Shown: positions 1 to 12,409, counted from the stretch's first letter. The stretch: DNA of 55,834 nucleotides from Candidatus Krumholzibacteriia bacterium (GCA_036351155.1 JAZBOO010000284.1:1-55834); one strand, 5' to 3'. Numbers and translations are program-made. Notes: generated by a model from the sequence alone, not told the origin.

Positions 1-20
1 GTGCGCTCTTGGGGTCCTGG

Positions 21-716
21 TCACTCACGATTTGGGGTCCTTTCCTCTCCGGTCGGGGTGGCCGCACCCGCCTCCGGGATCTCCCGGGCGGCAGACAGAT
101 TGCTGGTCTCCTGTCCAATCTTCTCCACCTGCAGGGGCGTCATCACGGCGCCGCCGGAAATGATCAGCTTGATGGCTTCCTCCACCGGCACATCGATTTC
201 CCGCAGCTCATGGCGTGGCACCATCAACATGTAGCCAGAGGTGGGATTGGGCGTCGTGGGCAAAAAAACGTTCACCAGGTCATCGCCAGGCTCGTCCCGG
301 GTCACGAAGCCCAGGCTGAAAAGATTGCGGCGCGGGTACTCGAAGACCACCACCTTCTGGAAGGCTGTGCGGCGGTCCTGCAGGAACACCTGAGAGATCT
401 GCTTGGTGGCCGAGAACACGCTCTTGACCACGGGAATTTTCTCGATGATCCGCTCCAGAACACGAAAGAAGGCCATCCCGATGAGGTTCCGCGTGAACAT
501 ACCGATCAGGGTGGTCAACAGGACGAAAACCGCCGACCCCATGACCGTCAGCAAAAACTCGGGATAGGCGTCGCCCAGGCCCGGCACCCGTTCCATCCAG
601 GGGCGAATATTGGCGCTGATGAGATCATAAAATTGCCAGGAAACCCAGACCGTGATGGCCAGGGGACTGATGGCCAGCAGTCCGGTCAGAAAGTATCGTT
701 GCAGAAACTTCAGCAT
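21..716 (-). CDS. DUF502 family membrane protein
   Basis: Two N-terminal hydrophobic segments; family-typical motifs IEKIPVVKSVF, VVVFEYPR, VFLPTTPNPTSGY and EEAIKLIISGG. Confidence 0.85.
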   Translation of the reverse strand: MLKFLQRYFLTGLLAISPLAITVWVSWQFYDLISANIRPWMERVPGLGDAYPEFLLTVMGSAVFVLLTTLIGMFTRNLIGMAFFRVLERIIEKIPVVKSVFSATKQISQVFLQDRRTAFQKVVVFEYPRRNLFSLGFVTRDEPGDDLVNVFLPTTPNPTSGYMLMVPRHELREIDVPVEEAIKLIISGGAVMTPLQVEKIGQETSNLSAAREIPEAGAATPTGEERTPNRE

Positions 717-730
717 GAAGGCACCCTGAC

Positions 731-2056
731 CTATTCCTCTTCACGCCGGACAAATCCCGGCAAAACATGGGGAGACTGCAACAGGATACGCATGATGCGC
801 TGATCCTCCACTGCCTCGATGCTGATCGAGTAGCCGGCCACCTCCGTTTGATCCCCCTGCTCGGGCACGTTGCCGGCGGCCTCGTAGATCAAGCCGCCCA
901 GGGTTTCACTGGTGTCCGCACCGTCGGCGGCGGCCAGGTCAATACCCAGCTTCTCTTCCAGGTCTTCCAGGTCGATCTTGGGGTCCAGGCGGACACTCTT
1001 CTCGTCCACCCACTCCAGCAGCACTTCTTCCTCGTCGAACTCGTCCTCGATCTCGCCCACGATCTCCTCGATCACATCTTCGAGAGTCACCAGGCCGGCG
1101 GTCCCCCCGTACTCATCGATGACCACGGCCATGTGGATGCGCTGGCTGCGGAACTCGTCCAGCACCTCGTCGATTTTCTTGCTCTCGGGAATGAAGTAGG
1201 CCGGCCGCACCAGATCGTGCAGCAACTGCAGGTCGGCCTGGAAGTGTCCCTCATGCACCAGTTTCAGCAGGTCTTTCGCGTAAAGGATGCCCGTGATCTT
1301 GTCCACTCCACCCTGATAGACGGGAATACGGGAGTGTCCGCTGGCAATGGCCGCGGTCAATATCTCGGCGGCGTCGACCTCGCTGTCCAGGGCCACCATG
1401 TCGATCCGGGGAATCATGATCTCCCGGACCGCCGTGTCGTGGAAGGAGAAGATGCTCTGGATCATTTCCCGCTCGTCTTCGTCCAGCGGGGTGTCTTCAC
1501 CCACACCGGTCAACAGACTGCGAATTTCTCCCACGGACAGGTGGGGCTGCACCTCGGACATCCAGAGTGTGTCGTCCACCTTGTCCATCAGGGCCAGCAT
1601 GAGCCCGGACCAGGGGCGCAAAACCCAGGTCAGGGGGTAGACCACGGTCCCGACGATACGGGCGTAGGACAGGGCCGCGTCCCCGGCCACCTTCTTGAAA
1701 ACCAGTCCGCCCAGGGTCCACAGCACCAGGGTGACCAGGGTGAAAACCCCCAGAAAACCCCAGCCCAGCGGGCCCGTCCACAATCCGGCCAGCAAGCGCC
1801 CGAAGCTGACGCTGCCGACCAGGGTCAGCACCAGATACAGGTTGCCGATGGAAACCTGAAAGCGCCGGGGATGGGCCAGGTAATCCTGGAGAATGCCCCC
1901 CAGACTCGACTCTTCCAGCAAAGTGTTGCGGTGCAGGCCGGAAACCCGGAAATGGGCGGTCATCAAACCGCCCAGCAGCATCGCGCCCAGCCAGGCACCC
2001 ACGGCCAGGGCCAGGGTGGGCAGGGAAGTCGCACCAGTTGTACCGGACGGATCCAT
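731..2056 (-). CDS. Hemolysin/CorC-HlyC family protein (CNNM membrane domain, tandem CBS, CorC domain)
   Basis: VREIMIPRIDM, GHSRIPVY, FIPESKKID and VIDEYGGTAGLVTLEDVIEEIVGEIEDE; usual position after ybeY. Confidence 0.9.
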   Translation of the reverse strand: MDPSGTTGATSLPTLALAVGAWLGAMLLGGLMTAHFRVSGLHRNTLLEESSLGGILQDYLAHPRRFQVSIGNLYLVLTLVGSVSFGRLLAGLWTGPLGWGFLGVFTLVTLVLWTLGGLVFKKVAGDAALSYARIVGTVVYPLTWVLRPWSGLMLALMDKVDDTLWMSEVQPHLSVGEIRSLLTGVGEDTPLDEDEREMIQSIFSFHDTAVREIMIPRIDMVALDSEVDAAEILTAAIASGHSRIPVYQGGVDKITGILYAKDLLKLVHEGHFQADLQLLHDLVRPAYFIPESKKIDEVLDEFRSQRIHMAVVIDEYGGTAGLVTLEDVIEEIVGEIEDEFDEEEVLLEWVDEKSVRLDPKIDLEDLEEKLGIDLAAADGADTSETLGGLIYEAAGNVPEQGDQTEVAGYSISIEAVEDQRIMRILLQSPHVLPGFVRREEE

Positions 2057-2063
2057 CAGGGGA

Positions 2064-2606
2064 TCAACTCCTTGGACGCATGGGATGCGTCAGTTTGTGA
2101 GCGGCCAGGATCTCTTCCTCGAGGTCCTGCATCGCGGATTTCTTCTCGGCAGTGTCGTGTTCCCAGCCCATGATATGCAACAGCCCATGGACCACAAGAA
2201 GTGGAAACTCGGCGGCCACCGACCAGCCGTTGGCATGGCACCGTGTGGTCACGAATTCCGGGGCGATGACAAGTTCGCCCACCAGGGCATGATCTCCGTC
2301 ATGTTCGACCTCGAAGGGAAGAACCAGATTACAGGCCGCATGGTACTGGCCCTTGGCCAAGCTGCCCTGGCTGGAATGTTCCTCCAGATTATAGCTGAAA
2401 GAAAGCACATCGGTGGGGCCGTCCTTGAACCGGTATTCCTTGTTCAGCTCGACCATCCTGTTGTCGTCCACCAGCACCAGGTCCACCTTCCAGCTCGGCG
2501 GACCGATGTCCGTGGCCAGCTCCTGCACCAGCCCACGGTAAAGACCGAACCAGTCCTCGGCCTCGGCAGGCGGCACAAGCCTCCAGTCCACCACCTCGAT
2601 TTTCAT
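2064..2606 (-). CDS. ybeY: rRNA maturation endoribonuclease YbeY
   Basis: LNKEYRFKDGPTDVLSF and zinc motif HGLLHIMGWEH; phoH-HD-ybeY-CBS synteny. Confidence 0.92.
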   Translation of the reverse strand: MKIEVVDWRLVPPAEAEDWFGLYRGLVQELATDIGPPSWKVDLVLVDDNRMVELNKEYRFKDGPTDVLSFSYNLEEHSSQGSLAKGQYHAACNLVLPFEVEHDGDHALVGELVIAPEFVTTRCHANGWSVAAEFPLLVVHGLLHIMGWEHDTAEKKSAMQDLEEEILAAHKLTHPMRPRS

Positions 2607-4876
2607 GACCTGGCCTTCCGGTCGCCGCGGCGCTCCACAACCCGGTCCGAATCGCCGTCCTTCTGCCCGGGATACACGATGCGCGCGTGATGGATCCCCG
2701 TCAGCAGAGGTATGAAACTCTCCCGGACACGGGCCAGATCACTCAACGTCAATCCGCTGTGATCCAGCTCACCGCTGAGCATGCGCTTGTCGATGATCTG
2801 CTTGGTGATCTCGCGGATCCGGCTGGGGGTGGGCTTGGCCAGACTGCGGGTGGCCGCCTCGACCGCGTCGGCCAGCATGAGGATGGCCGTCTCGGGCCGC
2901 CGGGGCTTCGGCCCCGGGTAGCGGAAGTCATCCACCTTGACCGGAGAACTGTCCTCGCTGTTGAGGGCCTTGTGGTAAAAATATTCCATGACCATGGTGC
3001 CATGATGCTCGGGGATGAAATCGATCACCGCCTGAGGCAGCCGCCACTTCCGCCCCAGCTCGATCCCTTCCTTGACGTGGGCCGCGATGACCAGAGCGCT
3101 CATGCTGGGGCTCAGCTCGTCATGCTTGTTGAACTCGGGCGACTGGTTCTCCACGTAGTACTCGGGTTTCTGCATCTTGCCGATGTCGTGAAAAAGAGCG
3201 CCCACCCGGGTCAACAGACTGTTGGCGTCCACCGCGCGGGCGGCGTGCTCGGCCAGCTGTCCCACCACCTGACTGTGATGGTAGGTTCCCTGAGCCTCCA
3301 GGGCCATCCGCTGCAGCAGAGGGTGATTCAGGTCGCTCAGTTCAAGCAGGGTCAGGTCGCTGCAGACGCCCACCAGGGGCTCGATCACCGGCAGCAGGAA
3401 CAGCCCGAACGCCACCAGCAGCACCGGGGCAAAAAGACCCACCAGGTAGGCCCCGCCCCGGCCATCGCCGCCCCCTGCGTTTTCCAGGAAAATCAGGACC
3501 ACCGACAGCATGGTCAGCAGCAGGATGGTGCGGTAAAACTGGCTGCGCTTGCGGATCCGGCGGACCGAGATCACCGTCACCATGCCCAGCACGAACCAGA
3601 TGAACACATGCATGGCCATGATGTCCGGCAGGATGGCCAGCAGGGTCACCGCCAGCAAGGTGTGCACGTATCCCACGCGGTCCCGGTGCAGCACGGTCCC
3701 CAGCAGGGAGAGCAGCACAATGGGCACCGCCAGCGGTCCCAGCCCGGGATGGGAAAGCGCAAAAGAGGAGCCCACCAGATAGACCGCCATGATGGCCGTC
3801 AAGGTCAACAGCGAGCGCAGCCGGTGCAGCTCACCGGGAAAATGAATACTCCCCAGCCAGGCGAAAACACCCAGGGCCATCATGATCAGCAGAGAGCGGA
3901 CAAAGGTCCTGGTGATGCGCCCCGCGCTGTCGCCGCCCCCCCGCTCCCGGATCAGTTCGGCCAGACGGTCCAGAGCCAGGGCCTGTTCCTCGGTCACCCG
4001 TTCACCCTGGTCGATGATCTTCTCGCCCCGGTAGAACTCCCGTCGATTGGGCACCGACTGGCGCGCCCTTTCCTGGTTGGTCTGGGTCTCTTCCAGGGAG
4101 TAGGTCAGGTTGGGCGTGATGAAGTTGCGCATGACATTGGCGGTGCGGGCAGCATCGGCCGGCTTCATGCCCGTCGCGCGCAGCTGACCTTCGAGTTGCT
4201 TTTCCAGACGAACCTGGGGCACCACCTCGTCCAGGTTTTTCCGGTACTCGGCCTGGGGCGTTTTGATGACCACCTTGTCGTAAAGGCCGGTAGGCAGCAT
4301 GTCGGCCACCCCACCCCGCAGAACCGCCCGCCCGGCACGGTCCATGCGGGCCAGCAGGGAGTCGGGCTCCTCGGTTTCGAAAAGCCAGGCCAGTGCCCCC
4401 GGATCCAGCGAAGGGTACTGCAGGTGCAGGAGATCGATTTTTTCCTCGACCGGCAGACTGTCGTCGGCCACCTGGTCCCCCAGGGTCACCAGCCACATCT
4501 CCAGGCGACCCTCGGCACTCTGTCCGGCAGTCCGGGTCTGGCTCATGAGGACCGGAGGTTCCACCAGCGCGCGGCGGCTCCTCTCGGCCTGGACCTCGCT
4601 ATCCAGGCGGGGAGCTTCGAAGGTGAATTCGGCCGTGATCTTGCGGTCGGCGATCTCTCCGAACTGAGGGAAGTCCACCCCCAGCTGGGGCACCGGGGGA
4701 AACAGGATCAGGTGCAGCACCAGCAGGGCCGCCCCGCAGATACCCGGCCAGACCCAGGCCGGTCGACCGGACTCCGCCTCGGCCGCGGAGGTCTTCCCCT
4801 TGGACGCGGCCTTGCCGCTCCGGGAATCCTCGCGGTCCAACAGTTCCCTCAATTTCAACAACCACATGGGGTCCAT
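2603..4876 (-). CDS. 7TM-HD (HDIG) membrane phosphohydrolase, PgpH-like
   Basis: N-terminal TM, large extracytoplasmic domain, ~7 TM helices, then LLELSDLNHPLL, GTYHHS, FHDIGK, EHHGT, FRYPGPKP and MLADAVEAA. Confidence 0.88.
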   Translation of the reverse strand: MDPMWLLKLRELLDREDSRSGKAASKGKTSAAEAESGRPAWVWPGICGAALLVLHLILFPPVPQLGVDFPQFGEIADRKITAEFTFEAPRLDSEVQAERSRRALVEPPVLMSQTRTAGQSAEGRLEMWLVTLGDQVADDSLPVEEKIDLLHLQYPSLDPGALAWLFETEEPDSLLARMDRAGRAVLRGGVADMLPTGLYDKVVIKTPQAEYRKNLDEVVPQVRLEKQLEGQLRATGMKPADAARTANVMRNFITPNLTYSLEETQTNQERARQSVPNRREFYRGEKIIDQGERVTEEQALALDRLAELIRERGGGDSAGRITRTFVRSLLIMMALGVFAWLGSIHFPGELHRLRSLLTLTAIMAVYLVGSSFALSHPGLGPLAVPIVLLSLLGTVLHRDRVGYVHTLLAVTLLAILPDIMAMHVFIWFVLGMVTVISVRRIRKRSQFYRTILLLTMLSVVLIFLENAGGGDGRGGAYLVGLFAPVLLVAFGLFLLPVIEPLVGVCSDLTLLELSDLNHPLLQRMALEAQGTYHHSQVVGQLAEHAARAVDANSLLTRVGALFHDIGKMQKPEYYVENQSPEFNKHDELSPSMSALVIAAHVKEGIELGRKWRLPQAVIDFIPEHHGTMVMEYFYHKALNSEDSSPVKVDDFRYPGPKPRRPETAILMLADAVEAATRSLAKPTPSRIREITKQIIDKRMLSGELDHSGLTLSDLARVRESFIPLLTGIHHARIVYPGQKDGDSDRVVERRGDRKARS

Positions 4877-4921
4877 CCTTCTGACGCGTTTCCGGCACAG
4901 GGAGCCCGGTGGACAGGTTGA

Positions 4922-5919
<998 letters not shown>

Positions 5920-5923
<4 letters not shown>

Positions 5924-7713
5924 GCGGGATCATCCTCCTTGGCCGGCCGAGGCACGACCTTCAGGTTCAATTCCTCGAGCTGGGCCTCGCTGATGGTGCC
6001 CGGACTGTGGTCCAGAGGCGAAGCGGCCAGCGTGGTCTTCGGAAAGGCTATCACCTCGCGCAGCGAAGGACTGCCGGTCAGGATCATGACCAGTCGATCG
6101 AGGCCCAGGGCAATTCCGCCGTGAGGCGGCGCACCGTAACCCAGGGCGTCCAGGAAGAACCCGAACTTGCCCAGGTATTCCTCTTCGGACATTCCCACGA
6201 TCTTGAAAACCCGCTCCTGCAAATCGCGCTGGTGAATACGGATGCTTCCGCTGCCCAGCTCGACGCCGTTGCAAACCAGGTCATAAAGCTGAGCTCGGCC
6301 CGCTCCCGGATCGGCCTCCAGGCCATCCAGATCCTCGGGTCGAGGCTGGGTGAACATGTGGTGACAGGCCGTCCAGCCGCCGGAGTTCTCGTCCTTCTCG
6401 AACAGTGGGAAGTTGCGCACCCAGGCCAGCGCCCAGGTGTTTTCCGGGATCCAGCCGGCATCGGCGGCGATCTCCAGACGAAGGGCCCCCATCGCTTCCA
6501 CGGCCATCTTCCAGTCGCCCGCCACGAACAGCAACAGGTCGCCGTCCTGGGCACTGGTGCGCTCACGCAGCTTGGCCTGGAAGTCCTCACTCAGGAACTT
6601 GGCAATGCCGGTGTCGAACCCGTCGGCGGTCACCTTGACCCGGGCCAGACCGAAGGCCCCCCGCTTCTTGACGAACTCCTCGTAGGCATCGACCTGCTTG
6701 CGGCTCAGACCGGCCAGCTGGTGCGCATTCAGACAGCGCACCGTGCCCCCCGACTCCAGGGCCTTCTCGAACACCCCGAACCCGCACCCGGGAATCAGAT
6801 CGTCCAGGGTATGCATGGGACAGCCGAAGCGCAGATCCGGCTTGTCCGAGCCGTACAGATTCATGGCGTCATCGTAGCTGATCCGCGGGAACGGCGTGGG
6901 CAGATCGATGCCCGAAGACTCGGCAAAGATCGCGGCCATCATCTCCTCGACCACCTCGTAGATCTCGTTCTCGGTGACGAAGCTCATTTCCAGATCGATC
7001 TGGGTGTGCTCGGGCTGACGGTCCTTGCGCAGGTCCTCGTCACGCAGGCAACGCGCCAGCTGGAAATAGCGATCCACGCCCCCGGCCATCAGGATCTGCT
7101 TGTACAGCTGCGGCGACTGGGGCAAGGCATAGAACTGCCCGTGGTGAATCCGGCTGGGCACCACGTAATCACGCGCACCTTCGGGAGTGGTCTTGATCAG
7201 CAGAGGTGTTTCCACCTCCAGGAAATCCTGGTCCGACAGGAAGCGCCGCGCCGCCTGGGACACCAGATGACGCACCCTGAGATTGTGGGCCATGACCGGA
7301 TGCCGCAGATGGATATATCGGTACTTCAACCGGTTTTCCTCGGTGGCGCTTTCGGCCTCGGACACCAGGAAAGGCAGGGGCCGGCAAGGATTCAGAACGG
7401 TCACCTCGGTGGCCACCACCTCGATGGCGCCCGTGATCATGTCGGGATTCACCATGTCTTCGGGTCGCGGGCGCACCGTCCCGGTGATGCCCAGCACCGA
7501 CTCCAGCTTGAAATCCTTGGCCGCCTCGAGGGGCTGGCCTGACTCGAAAACCACCTGGACGTTGCCGTAGCGATCACGCAGATCGACAAACAGCACTCCG
7601 CCAAGGTCACGAATACGGCTGGCCCAGCCGGCGAGCTTGATCTCCTGACCGATGTGACTCTCGGTGACCCGGCCGCAACGGCAGGTCCGCATTTTTCCTT
7701 TGTTGTCGCTCAC
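5920..7713 (-). CDS. aspS: Aspartate--tRNA ligase
   Basis: OB fold [44 protein letters not shown] and [16 protein letters not shown]. Confidence 0.97.
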
Positions 7714-8984
7714 CCTTCCAAAACCTCCCGCACGGCACCCATGAGGTCTGTCTGGGCCACCTGCTTCTGTTCTCCGGTATCAAGATGCTTGAGTTGAATT
7801 GTTTCGCTGGCCAGCTCGTCGTCGCCCACCACCAGCAGGAGCCGCGCCCGCCGCAGATTAGCCGACTTGGCCTGGGCCTTCAGGCTGCGGCAGGTGGTGT
7901 CCACCTCGACCCGGCAAAAGCCCCGCATCAGGTCAGCCGCCACGAACCCGGCACGCTGGGCCGGAATACTCGTGCAGGCCACATAGACGTCCACGGCTGA
8001 TTGGCGGCTGCGCTGAGGATCAATGGGTTCATCGTCCAGGTGCAACAAGGTCCGCTCCACGCCGATGGAGAAACCCACCGCCGGGGTGGCCGGTCCCCCA
8101 CATTGCTCAACCAGGTAGTCGTATCGCCCGCCGCCGGCCAGGCTGCTGGTCTTGCGCCCGTCGGTGGCCTTGATCTCGAAGGTGGTCCGGCAGTAGTAGT
8201 CCAGCCCGCGCACCAGCGAGGGATCTTCCACGCAGGGCACGGCCAGATCGGCCAGAGTTCCCAGCACGGTGTCGTGGTGCTGGCGGCAATCATTGCACAG
8301 CATGCTGGTGATGGGCTTGAAACCCGCCAGCAGATCCTGCACCTCATCATCCTTGGCGTCGAACAGACGCAGGGGATTGATATCGATCCGACCGCGCATT
8401 CCTTCCGGGATCACATCCAGGTTCTCGTTCAGGAAAACCTTCAGATCCTCCAGGTAGGCGGGACGGCAGGCCGGGCACCCTATACTGTTGATGTGCACAG
8501 TGAGGCCCTTGGCATCCACCGCATCGAACAGGGCCATGGCGGTCTGGATCACCTCGGCATCGAGCACCGGGCTATCGGAACCGATGGCCTCCACTCCCAC
8601 CTGGTGGAACTGGCGATAACGCCCGGCCTGAGGTCGATCGTGCCGGAACATGGGGGCCATGTAAAAGAACTTCACCGTGCCCGGCTGGCGGGTCAGGCCA
8701 TTTTCCAGGTAGGCGCGGACCACCGAGGCGGTCATCTCCGGCCGCAGGGTCAGACTCTCGCCGCCCTTGCTTTCGAAGGTGTACATTTCCTTGTCCACGA
8801 TATCGGTTCCCGATCCCACCGAGCGCAGAAACAGGTCCGTGCTTTCAATCACCGGGGTCCGGATCTCACCATACCCGTAATTGGCCAGAACCCGGGACCA
8901 GTGCTCCTCGCACCAGCGCCAGCGCTCCACCTCTTCCAGCATGATGTCCCGCGTGCCCTTGAGGCGACGGTACTTCAAGTTCAT
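7710..8984 (-). CDS. hisS: Histidine--tRNA ligase
   Basis: [33 protein letters not shown] and GGGRYD; ATG at 8984 chosen over TTG at 8990. Confidence 0.97.
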   Translation of the reverse strand: MNLKYRRLKGTRDIMLEEVERWRWCEEHWSRVLANYGYGEIRTPVIESTDLFLRSVGSGTDIVDKEMYTFESKGGESLTLRPEMTASVVRAYLENGLTRQPGTVKFFYMAPMFRHDRPQAGRYRQFHQVGVEAIGSDSPVLDAEVIQTAMALFDAVDAKGLTVHINSIGCPACRPAYLEDLKVFLNENLDVIPEGMRGRIDINPLRLFDAKDDEVQDLLAGFKPITSMLCNDCRQHHDTVLGTLADLAVPCVEDPSLVRGLDYYCRTTFEIKATDGRKTSSLAGGGRYDYLVEQCGGPATPAVGFSIGVERTLLHLDDEPIDPQRSRQSAVDVYVACTSIPAQRAGFVAADLMRGFCRVEVDTTCRSLKAQAKSANLRRARLLLVVGDDELASETIQLKHLDTGEQKQVAQTDLMGAVREVLEG

Positions 8985-9070
8985 GTTCAACCTTCCCGGG
9001 CGTGCCCGTGTCGCGAAACGGCCTGTCCTTCAGCTGGACAGGGGCAGACAATGCAGAGGGACAATATGTG

Positions 9071-10036
9071 TCATTCGGGTGGGGCTTGCCAATCGGCTTC
9101 GCCATTCTCCCGGTATCGGTCCAGATCAGGTTCCAGCAGAATATTGAACCCGGCCAGATGCATGAGCGACAAACCCTCGGCCAGGGAAGCCCCGAGTTCC
9201 CCCTGGGGCTCGGATCCCCGTCCCAGGGCGGCCAGGCTTTCGCGGGCATCAACCCGCACCCCACCGGGCAGCTGCTTGGCCGCCGAAACCACCAGATCGG
9301 GCACCGGGCCGGTCAGCGGACGCAGGCCCCATTGTGCCTGGTCCATGAGACCGGCGGCCAGGAAGCGCTCCGCATCCCACCCCCTGACCACCACATAGTC
9401 GAAGGCCCCGAGTCGAGCCGCGTGGATCACCGGACCGTGGTCGTAGGGATCGGGCCCGAAGCGGAGCCCCCCGGCTCCGGCCATCTGAGCCAGTTCAGGA
9501 ATGCGCGGACGGCAAACAAGAGACAGTGAATCGCCAAAGGCGATGCGCTCGGGCAAGAGGATGGAAGGGGGCCCATCGCGTGATCCGCTCTTGCGAAAGA
9601 GCAGAACTCCCCGAGGGCGTAAATTGCGAGGAGCCGGCCGCCTCCCCACCACCAGAGGTTCGAACTCCTGGCGGTTCAGCTCCAGCGACAGACCGTCGGG
9701 GGCCAGGACAAAATCCACCCCCTGGGACAGATAGGTATCGAACTGGAGACGGGTCGCCGCAATTTTCAGTTCCATGTCCTGGCCGGCCACGGCTTCCAGA
9801 AACCTGGCCAGAGGGGTGTAAACCCGCTGGGCGCGCTGGATGTCCCCCCCGGAATCGAACACCAGCACCAGACCCTGCACCTTTCCTCGCGACCCGGCGG
9901 GCCACAGAAGGGACCCGACGGCCAGGATCAAAACAAACAGGGCGGCCACGATGGTCACCACCAGTCCCGCGCGGGCAGGTCGTGCCGGAGGCACGGGGTT
10001 GGCCGTCTGGAGTGGATCAGTCAAGCTGTTCACCAC
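9071..10036 (-). CDS. PhnD/phosphonate-binding-like periplasmic-binding-fold protein with N-terminal membrane anchor
   Basis: One hydrophobic segment, then YTPLARFLEAVAG and IAFGDSLS, resembling PhnD-type binding proteins; start uncertain. Confidence 0.5.
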   Translation of the reverse strand: MVNSLTDPLQTANPVPPARPARAGLVVTIVAALFVLILAVGSLLWPAGSRGKVQGLVLVFDSGGDIQRAQRVYTPLARFLEAVAGQDMELKIAATRLQFDTYLSQGVDFVLAPDGLSLELNRQEFEPLVVGRRPAPRNLRPRGVLLFRKSGSRDGPPSILLPERIAFGDSLSLVCRPRIPELAQMAGAGGLRFGPDPYDHGPVIHAARLGAFDYVVVRGWDAERFLAAGLMDQAQWGLRPLTGPVPDLVVSAAKQLPGGVRVDARESLAALGRGSEPQGELGASLAEGLSLMHLAGFNILLEPDLDRYRENGEADWQAPPE

Positions 10037-10988
10037 CTGCCCCGGACAGGGTGGTATCGGCCAGGGCGGGCAGGGTCACGGGATTCCCCACAATCACCTG
10101 GAACTCCGAGGGGTTCATGCCGATGAGCGTCAACCAGGGAGGGTGCTCGATTTGCCCACTCAGGAGATACACCCCTTCGGGAAGGCTGCCCACGGGCACG
10201 GTCACCAGGAAGCGGCTGCGGTCCAGGCTCTGCACGGAGTCGGCCACTCCCCGCACCATCACATCCACCACCGGAGGCGAAACACCCACCTCGGGTTGAC
10301 CCGCATCCACCAGGGGGATAACCGGGATATTGGCCAGGGTCCGATCCTCCAGCGCGGCGATCTTGAAGGAGGCGCTCACCTCGTCCATACCCAGATGGAG
10401 GAAGGGCCCGGGGGATGCCAGCGACAGGGGAAAAACCGAGCTTTCCTTCAGGCGATCCAGGTTGACGCGCAGGGTCGGGACCTCCAGGCCTTCGAGGAGG
10501 AACCGAGAGGCCCCCCGGACCAGAATGGAATCAGGGGAAACGGAGGGTGGCTCCAGGTAGTCCAGTCCCGTCGGCAGAGACCCATCGGTTTGCAGGGACA
10601 CCGGAAGGTAGCGCTGCGCCATGCGATCGACCTGCAGCCGCAGCCGCACCCGCGGAAACACGCTCATGACTGTCAGGTCGGTGAAGACATCACCCGGGTT
10701 CACTTCATAGCTGAAGGCCGGCCCCGGAGTACGATCGGCCAGATTGACCCGCACCTCACCCAGATACCGGTTCAGATACTTGTGGGCGAGCAACCGCAGC
10801 TTGCTCCCCTCCAGCCGGACGGAAACCTTGGCGGGCAGCTCGCTGCCCTCGACGGTCAAACCCTCGGTCAGTCCCGTCACCCGCAGGGGCAGCCTGGCCG
10901 ACTGCTCCACCACGGACGTCGCGGCCACCTGCACCCAGATGATGATGGCCGCGGCCAAGCACATTATTTGCAACCCAATACGACTCAT
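10017..10988 (-). CDS. YbbR/CdaR-like protein
   Basis: N-terminal TM (LAAAIIIWVQV) followed by three repeats of a (V/L)xPxx(V/I)xVx(L/V)xG pattern (LPAKVSVRLEG, VSPDSILVRG, VSPPVVDVMVRG). Confidence 0.8.
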   Translation of the reverse strand: MSRIGLQIMCLAAAIIIWVQVAATSVVEQSARLPLRVTGLTEGLTVEGSELPAKVSVRLEGSKLRLLAHKYLNRYLGEVRVNLADRTPGPAFSYEVNPGDVFTDLTVMSVFPRVRLRLQVDRMAQRYLPVSLQTDGSLPTGLDYLEPPSVSPDSILVRGASRFLLEGLEVPTLRVNLDRLKESSVFPLSLASPGPFLHLGMDEVSASFKIAALEDRTLANIPVIPLVDAGQPEVGVSPPVVDVMVRGVADSVQSLDRSRFLVTVPVGSLPEGVYLLSGQIEHPPWLTLIGMNPSEFQVIVGNPVTLPALADTTLSGAGGEQLD

Positions 10989-12409
10989 GGCTCAGGTATT
11001 CCATCGGGCAGGCTCAGCACCTGGCCCACCTGGATCGAACGGGAACGGAGATTGTTGCGGCGGGCGATTTCCACCACTGTGGTCCGGTGCCGGCGGGCCA
11101 GATCCCACAGGCTGTCCCCTCTCCGGACAGCATACTTGCGTGTCCAGCTTTCCGGGAGGTTCTTGCCCATGAGCGCCAGGGCTTGACGGTCTCCCTGCCA
11201 GGTCAGAACCCCCTCGACCAGGGTGGCCGCCAGGGCACCTCGGCCCTCGGGACTGTTCAATACCTTATAGTCGTCCGGGTTGGAAAGATAGGCAATTTCG
11301 ACCAGGGCCGAGGGCATGGCCAGGTTGCGCAGCACCTGGAATTCGGCCTGCTTGGATTTGCGGCTGTTCACCACTCCGGAGCGTGAGGCAGCCTCCAGCA
11401 TGTGATCGGCGAGGCGGGATGACTCGTGCAGAACCCGGGTCATCTTCAGGTCCATGAGGATGCTCATCACCAGGTCGTCATGCACACCGCGCACATCCAG
11501 CCCCACCATGTCCGCGGCATTTTCCTTGTCGGCCAGTTCCCGAGCCTCACGGTCGGTCGCCCCCTGCAGGGACAGGAAATAGACTTCCATGCCCGCCACT
11601 GATTTTTTGCGGTGGGTGTTGCAGTGCACGGAAAGGAACAGGTCGCCCTGCTCCTCGCGGGCAATATCCACCCGACGGGCAAGACTGGGGTAGTGATCTG
11701 TTTGTCGGGTCAAGATGGCCCGGTAACCAGGCAACTGATTGATCAATCGGGCCATTTCCCGGGATACCTGCAGGACCACATCTTTTTCCTGCAGGTCACT
11801 GCGAATGGCGCCGGGATCCAGCCCCCCATGCCCAGGATCGATGATCACGGTGAAGGGATTTCCCACCCGATCCACAGGGGCGGGGATGGCCAGGTCCGGA
11901 GTCTCGTCCAGAGGCGGAGTGGACGGGGTTCCCATCTCCGGGGCGGCAGAATCGTCCGCAGCGGAGCCGGTCCCCCGGAAAACGTCCACGACCACCCGGT
12001 CCGGCCTGCCATCGGCGGCGGGCAGGGAAAAGCTCTTGAAGGTGTAGGCACCTTCCAGATCCAGCACCACCTGGGCCCGTTCATCGCCTTCATTGCGGCG
12101 GATGCGCTTGACCAGGCCATCACCCACGGGAATGCTGCCATCCAGGCGGAAAGCCCCCTGGCGCACATTGATCACCAGGCGACGGGGATTCGCAATTTCG
12201 CGCACCTCGTAGGAACAGGGCCGGGACAGGTCCAGGACCACCCGAGTGTAGTCGGGGCCCGTGAAATGCCGGACCCGGAGGACTTCAGGTCCGGCCAAGG
12301 CCCGACCGCCCGGGACAAGCCCGAGGAAGACCAGCAGACCTGCAAGCAGGACACGCCAGGACCATCGCCTGGTGATGGGAAGTTGAACAGGGAGACGCGG
12401 GCTCGGCAT
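10985..12409 (-). CDS. N-acetylmuramoyl-L-alanine amidase (AMIN + Amidase_3 + LysM)
   Basis: YTRVVLDL AMIN strand, IIDPGHGGLDPGA, FLSVHCN, PSALVEIAYLSN and C-terminal LysM YAVRRGDSLWDLA; AAGGAG upstream of ATG 12409. Confidence 0.92.
   Translation of the reverse strand: MPSPRLPVQLPITRRWSWRVLLAGLLVFLGLVPGGRALAGPEVLRVRHFTGPDYTRVVLDLSRPCSYEVREIANPRRLVINVRQGAFRLDGSIPVGDGLVKRIRRNEGDERAQVVLDLEGAYTFKSFSLPAADGRPDRVVVDVFRGTGSAADDSAAPEMGTPSTPPLDETPDLAIPAPVDRVGNPFTVIIDPGHGGLDPGAIRSDLQEKDVVLQVSREMARLINQLPGYRAILTRQTDHYPSLARRVDIAREEQGDLFLSVHCNTHRKKSVAGMEVYFLSLQGATDREARELADKENAADMVGLDVRGVHDDLVMSILMDLKMTRVLHESSRLADHMLEAASRSGVVNSRKSKQAEFQVLRNLAMPSALVEIAYLSNPDDYKVLNSPEGRGALAATLVEGVLTWQGDRQALALMGKNLPESWTRKYAVRRGDSLWDLARRHRTTVVEIARRNNLRSRSIQVGQVLSLPDGIPEP

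Noticed and set aside
1-28. Start of a further minus-strand gene overlapping the DUF502 stop
   Set aside because: Fewer than ten codons visible; cannot be identified.
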